DNA from: Podarcis gaigeae
Lineage: Eukaryota
Reading direction: 5' to 3' (one strand)
NCBI GenBank assembly: GCA_964106915.2
Contig: OZ066926.1
DNA: 64,000 nt
The notes beneath the pieces are model-generated. The model was not told the DNA's origin, ran no database searches, and saw only the letters and a list, made by a program, of their open reading frames with translations. How positions within the stretch are numbered: position 1 is the stretch's first letter; the number at the start of each line of letters is the position of its first letter. Of this stretch, positions 62,773-64,000 are shown in pieces. The translations under genes were made by a program, and so were the position numbers.

Positions 62773-62998
62773 CAGTAGTACCTCGGGTTAAGAACTTAAT
62801 TTGTTCTGGAGGTCCGTTCTTAACCTGAAACTGTTCTTAACCTGAAGCACCACTTTAGCTAATGGGGCTTCCCGCTGCTGCCACACCACTGCCACACGAT
62901 TTCTGTTCTCATCCTGAAGCAAAGTTCTTAACCCAAGGTACTATTTCTGGGTTAGCGGAGTCTGTAACCTGAAGCGTATGTAACCCAAGGTACCACTG
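62773..62998. mobile_element. Tigger-like MITE family A, copy 5
   Basis: TA|CAGTAGTACCTC ... AGGTACCACTG. Confidence 0.88.
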
Positions 62999-63104
62999 TG
63001 TACAAGAAGATGGAGGAAAGAAAAACAAGTGTGTGGGGGGGGAGGGGAATGAGATGGAAAGGCAGGTGAGAAAAGGGCAGAAATTTCAAATACAAATCTG
63101 TGGC

Positions 63105-63715
63105 ATGACCATATTTGGAATACAGTTCTGGTTGCCTCGCCTCAGAGAGGATATTGTAGAGTTGGAAAAGGTTCAGAAAAACGGCAACCAAAATGAATGA
63201 GAGGGTAGAGCGGCTCCCCTGTGAAGAAAGGTTTGCAGTGTTTGCAGACTTTCGTTTAGGCTGAGAAAAGGAGAGTAAGAGGTGCCACCTCAGAAGGTTG
63301 CGAAATTTTGCATGGCATGGAGGAAGCGGGTAGAGAAATGTTTTCCTCCCTCTCTCATGACAATTGAGCTTGTGAACATCCAAGGAGCGATAAAAGGAAG
63401 CCCTTCACACAGCACATCCTTAAACTATGGAACTTGCTCCCACAGAAGGAAGTGACAGCTTTAAAAGAAGATTAGGGAAGGGAGGAGTGGGCTGCCAGTG
63501 ACTACTAGCCATGAGGCCGATGCCCTGCCTCTGTGGTCAGAGGCAGTAAATGCTTCTGAACACCAGTTGTGAGAAACCACATGAGGCGAGACTGCTCTTG
63601 GGCTCTGCTTTTGCTCACAGGTTTCACACAGGCATTTCCTTGGCCACTGTGAGAACAGGACGCTGGACTGGTTGGGCCAATGGCCTGACTCAGCGTAAGG
63701 GAGTGTTACGGAAAT
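63105..63715 (+). mobile_element. CR1 LINE 3' fragment
   Basis: QFWLPRLREDIVELEKVQKTATKM...LPCEER matches the CR1 ORF2 C-terminus; a CR1-like 3' UTR follows. Confidence 0.8.
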
Positions 63716-63746
63716 GATGAGGGGGGGCACATCTTTATAGTTATTA

Positions 63747-63981
63747 CAGTGGTCCCTTGGGTTACAGATGCTTCAGGTTATAGACGCTTCAGGTTACAGA
63801 CTCCGCTAACCCAGAAATAGTACCTCGGGTTAAGAACTTTACCTCAGGATGAGAACAGAAATGGCACAGCGGCGGAGGCGCGGCGGCCCCATTAGCTAAA
63901 GTGGTACCTCAGGTTAAGAACAGTTTTAGGTTAAGAACGGACCTCCAGAACGAATTAAGTTCTTAACCTAAGGTACCACTG
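63747..63981. mobile_element. Tigger-like MITE family A, copy 6
   Basis: TA TSD and TIRs. Confidence 0.9.
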
Positions 63982-64000
63982 TACAATGTTATTAATATCA

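Noticed and set aside
47318-63981. CRISPR-like or prokaryotic systems from the recurring repeats
   Set aside because: The sequence is eukaryotic. The repeats are dispersed TA-flanked MITEs, not a repeat-spacer array.
51000-64000. FAM83E or SPACA4 exons expected from human synteny
   Set aside because: No DUF1669 or Ly6/uPAR-like coding sequence recognised in any frame.

Overview
This is vertebrate genomic DNA. The repeat content (Sauria SINE, BovB, squamate-type tRNA/CR1-tail SINEs) points to a squamate, probably a lacertid lizard (inference). The window contains the conserved DBP-SPHK2-RPL18 block: the last coding exon of DBP (+), a complete 5-coding-exon SPHK2 (-, 599 aa) and a complete 7-exon RPL18 (+, 188 aa, with a 5' TOP tract), head-to-head with SPHK2. 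Just downstream of RPL18, on the minus strand, lies an intron-containing gene that I do not recognise as any named gene. It has at least 3 clean exons (~410 codons) and a probable CpG-rich promoter at ~50.9 kb. It encodes a long coiled coil, an FYTG/HTH_Tnp_4-like domain and a degenerate DDE_Tnp_4-like domain. It looks like a domesticated, catalytically dead ISL2EU (PIF/Harbinger-related) transposase and is the main candidate novelty. The SPHK2/RPL18 intergenic region carries an array of fixed-spacing YY1 + THAP-type composite motifs, and one copy also sits at the new gene's promoter. The remainder is repeat-rich (L2, CR1, L1/Tx1, BovB, SINEs, Tigger-like and hAT-like MITEs, solo LTRs), with a 167-N gap at 58913-59079. 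All calls were made by eye; no database searches were run, and repeat boundaries are approximate unless TSDs are given.
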